In this document: one piece after another, positions 51,064-53,200 of the stretch | How the letters are laid out: the number at the start of each line of letters is the position of its first letter | Position numbering within the stretch: the first letter of the stretch is position 1 | Assembly: GCA_036511615.1 (NCBI GenBank) | Contig: DATCBW010000116.1 | Location: 1 to 53,200, forward strand | Source of the DNA: Verrucomicrobiia bacterium | GTDB lineage: Bacteria > Verrucomicrobiota > Verrucomicrobiia > Limisphaerales > UBA11358 | Reading direction: 5' to 3' | DNA length: 53,200 nt | The notes under the pieces: model-generated | Databases searched by the model: none | Seen by the model: only the letters and a program-made list of their open reading frames with translations | What the model was told of the DNA's origin: nothing | Program-made: the position numbers and the translations under genes

Positions 51064-51822
51064 TTAACCTTGCTGGTGTATTTCCTCGAATTGCGCCGGC
51101 GCGCGCCGGTAAGCTGCACGGCGATACTGGCAGCCCGGCAACGAACAATTCTCGCAGGGAATCAATTTGGAAAAACGGCGGGACTTTTCCACGTCGCGTG
51201 TCAGGCCCATCACGGCGAGCAGGGATTTTTTAGGCCGCAACATGCCTGACTCAAGCACCTCGAGTTCGCCCGGAAAATTGCCGCTGAAATTTTCCCGGAA
51301 CAGGTTCCACAGCGGAATCTGCTCCGCGACGTTCCAGCCGGAATAACCGGGGCTGAAATGCGGCAGCGTGGCCATTTTGTTTTCGTCCGCCCAGCCGCAG
51401 ATGCGTCCGCTGGCCAGCGCAATCAAATGCTCGACAACCGCCGAGCCGAAACTTTCCAGAAAATAATACTCATCCGGCTTGCCTTCCTCCCAAAGCCGGC
51501 GCGCGTGTTCCTCGCACTCTTTTCCCGCGCTTACGGCCACGAGCACCGCGCGATGCGCCGCCGCTTCGGAGAAAATTTCCCGCAGCCGTCGCGAAGAAAA
51601 TTCCATTGCGCCAATCCGAATCTTTTGTTCCTGCAACTCCAGCCCGGCGATTTCCAACGCGCAAATCCACGGCCGGCCATTTGTAGAGAACCAGGCTCGC
51701 GCCGCATCGGCGAGTTCGCGCGCACGTCCGTCCAGCGCGTAATTTTTCGGATAGCCGAGCAACCGTCGGTATTCGGCTTCTTGAACCTCCAGCGCCGGAC
51801 GAGTTTCAATCCATTCAAACAT
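51064..51822 (-). CDS. methionine synthase activation-domain-like protein (Met_synt_B12-like) with C-terminal Cys cluster
   Basis: The motifs ..HFSPGYSGW.. and ..MLRPKKSLLAVMG.. resemble the MetH reactivation domain. The C-terminal part reads ..CENCSLPGCQYRR.. Confidence 0.6.
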   Translation of the reverse strand: MFEWIETRPALEVQEAEYRRLLGYPKNYALDGRARELADAARAWFSTNGRPWICALEIAGLELQEQKIRIGAMEFSSRRLREIFSEAAAHRAVLVAVSAGKECEEHARRLWEEGKPDEYYFLESFGSAVVEHLIALASGRICGWADENKMATLPHFSPGYSGWNVAEQIPLWNLFRENFSGNFPGELEVLESGMLRPKKSLLAVMGLTRDVEKSRRFSKLIPCENCSLPGCQYRRAAYRRAPAQFEEIHQQG

Positions 51823-51825
51823 GGG

Positions 51826-53200
51826 TCAGGCAAATTGGGGCGTGGGCGAAGTTTCCACCGGCTGAAACTGGCAGCCTTCGACGAAGAAATTGAAAAAGTT
51901 TTCGTGCGCTTCGAGCCGGCAGTGCGTCACGGTTTTGACGAGCTGTTCCAATTCCGCGCGTTTTGATCGCGACAGCAACGCGATGGTTGCGCCTTCAATC
52001 GCGGCGTTGCCGACCTGCACAATCTTCGACTCGTCAATGTTCGGGATCAGACCAATGCGTTTGGAGGATTCGACGTTCAAGTGCCGGCCAAAGCCGCCTG
52101 CAAGATAAAAAACATCCAGTTCGTCGAACGCAATTCCGTAGTCATGAAAAATGACGCGCAGGCCGGCGACGTTTGCACCCTTGGCCTGTGCCAGCTCGTT
52201 GATGTCGCCTTCCGTGAGATAAATGGCTGAATCGCTTGTCACGTCGAGAATAAATCTGTCTTCGCCGTTCTCGAAGCGGCCAAGGTGATTGATGCGGTTG
52301 GTTCGCAGCAATTCGCCCAGCAAATCCACGAGGCCGGAACCGCAAATGCCTTCCGCCGGAACGTCGCCGATGACTCCAACACTGACCGAACCGTCGCCGT
52401 TGATTTTTATTTTTTCAATCGCGCCCGGCAGTCCGGGCATTCCGCAGGAAATCGCGCCGCCTTCAAATGCCGGTCCGGCGGGACATGACGCGGCAAAGAT
52501 TTTATTCTTGTTGCCCAGAATCAATTCCGTGTTGGTGCCGATGTCCATGACGGCGACGGTGCGCGTTTCGTTGGCCAGATCAACCGCCAGCATGCACGCC
52601 GCCGCGTCCGCGCCGACATGGCCGCTGATGACCGGCAGGCCATACGCGCGTGCCTGCGGATGAATCGGCAGCGACAGTTTTTTTGCGGAGACGCTCAAGC
52701 TGGTGGTCGTGCGTTTGCCTTCGTCCATTTCCAATTCGGTGAGCGAGCGATACGGGCTTTGGCCGATTGAATAAACATCCAGCCGGAAGAAAATGTCGCG
52801 CATGGTTGAATTGCCGGCGACGACCAGCTCGTAAATCGTTTGCGGATCCACCGGAAATTCTTCAATCGTGTGCGTCAAATATCCAGCCAGCGTGCGCTGG
52901 AGCAATTTGCTTTTGTCGTGCGTGTCAAAATGAATCCGCGACATCACATCCGAACCGCCAAAACGTTGCGGATTTTCAAACGAAGCGTCAGCCACTATCT
53001 CCCCAGTCTCCAGATTCAGCAGCCGGATGACCACGGTGGTCGTTCCCAAATCCATCGCCAGTCCGTGAATCGGCGCGGTCGAGCGCGCGATTTCCCGGCC
53101 GTCCAGCAATATGCGGTCGCCGTCGCGCACGACAGCGGGATCGAGTTTCCATTTGCCATTTCCCGTCGGCAATTGAAACGCCTGCCGTTCAATCCGCATT
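51826..53200 (-). CDS. ASKHA-fold corrinoid reductive activase (RACo / DUF4445 family); N-terminus outside window
   Basis: The frame is open to the window edge. It shows ..LAMDLGTTTVV.., ..VMDIGTNTE.., ..PAGPAFEGG.., ..GICGSG.. The expected N-terminal ferredoxin domain would lie beyond 53200. Confidence 0.75.
   Translation of the reverse strand, partial: MRIERQAFQLPTGNGKWKLDPAVVRDGDRILLDGREIARSTAPIHGLAMDLGTTTVVIRLLNLETGEIVADASFENPQRFGGSDVMSRIHFDTHDKSKLLQRTLAGYLTHTIEEFPVDPQTIYELVVAGNSTMRDIFFRLDVYSIGQSPYRSLTELEMDEGKRTTTSLSVSAKKLSLPIHPQARAYGLPVISGHVGADAAACMLAVDLANETRTVAVMDIGTNTELILGNKNKIFAASCPAGPAFEGGAISCGMPGLPGAIEKIKINGDGSVSVGVIGDVPAEGICGSGLVDLLGELLRTNRINHLGRFENGEDRFILDVTSDSAIYLTEGDINELAQAKGANVAGLRVIFHDYGIAFDELDVFYLAGGFGRHLNVESSKRIGLIPNIDESKIVQVGNAAIEGATIALLSRSKRAELEQLVKTVTHCRLEAHENFFNFFVEGCQFQPVETSPTPQFA

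Noticed and set aside
1-53200. Search for a CRISPR array, tRNA/rRNA genes, transposase, integrase, reverse transcriptase or recognisable phage-defence genes
   Set aside because: There are no regularly spaced direct repeats, no tRNA-like T-arm or acceptor patterns, and no ORF with DDE, tyrosine/serine-recombinase, RT, helicase or nuclease hallmarks. The only defence-related candidate is the small DUF433/DUF5615 pair.

Overview
This is a high-GC bacterial chromosomal segment with no rRNA, tRNA, CRISPR array, transposase or integrase. It most likely comes from a PVC-superphylum (Verrucomicrobiota-like) organism. That is an inference from three tandem DUF1559 / H-X9-DG prepilin-type proteins, membrane-tethered ECF sigma factors and the style of the GC-rich palindromic intergenic repeats.

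Left to right:

1. 1-4501: a ribose-type sugar ABC importer operon that looks damaged. It holds an AT-rich orphan ORF and a DUF433/DUF5615 toxin-antitoxin cassette. The cassette is bracketed by a perfect 52-bp duplication of the ATPase gene's 5' end. The permease appears to lack about 60 conserved residues.
2. 4508-5836: a CPA2 cation/proton antiporter.
3. 5890-32195: the main feature. Two convergent, translationally coupled operons (5890-21898 on +, 32195-21916 on -) encode a type II FAS-like lipid/pigment pathway. Its core resembles aryl-polyene (APE)/xanthomonadin-type clusters: KS, CLF-like partners, ACP, hotdog dehydratases, LolA-like and DUF3261 proteins, MMPL exporter, GT2-DUF2062, LpxL-like and PlsC-like acyltransferases, adenylating ligase, methyltransferase. 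It is elaborated with two flavin-dependent halogenase paralogs in inverted orientation, two paralogous HxxxD acyltransferase-like proteins, an acyl-AMP ligase/ACP pair, an FAD oxidoreductase, a membrane desaturase, a NodB deacetylase and a C45 Ntn-hydrolase/TPR protein. It also carries a 1278-aa exporter-acyltransferase-methyltransferase fusion. I consider this the best candidate for an undescribed system.
4. 32296-45703: a serine hydrolase, an orphan membrane protein, three pseudopilin-like genes, and two tandem ECF sigma factors with fused transmembrane and different extracytoplasmic domains. These are followed by a methyltransferase, a secreted hydrolase-like protein, a CDF transporter, an MBL hydrolase and an AT-rich beta-propeller gene.
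5. 46002-53200: a modular corrinoid methyl-transfer gene set. It comprises a URO-D/MtaA-like methyltransferase, a B12-binding protein, PurU, a homocysteine-binding domain protein, a MetH activation-domain-like protein and a RACo-type activase.

Intergenic regions carry several families of structured palindromic elements, several of them about 145 bp long. All functional calls come from motifs read in the translations and from remembered family knowledge. No database search was run.
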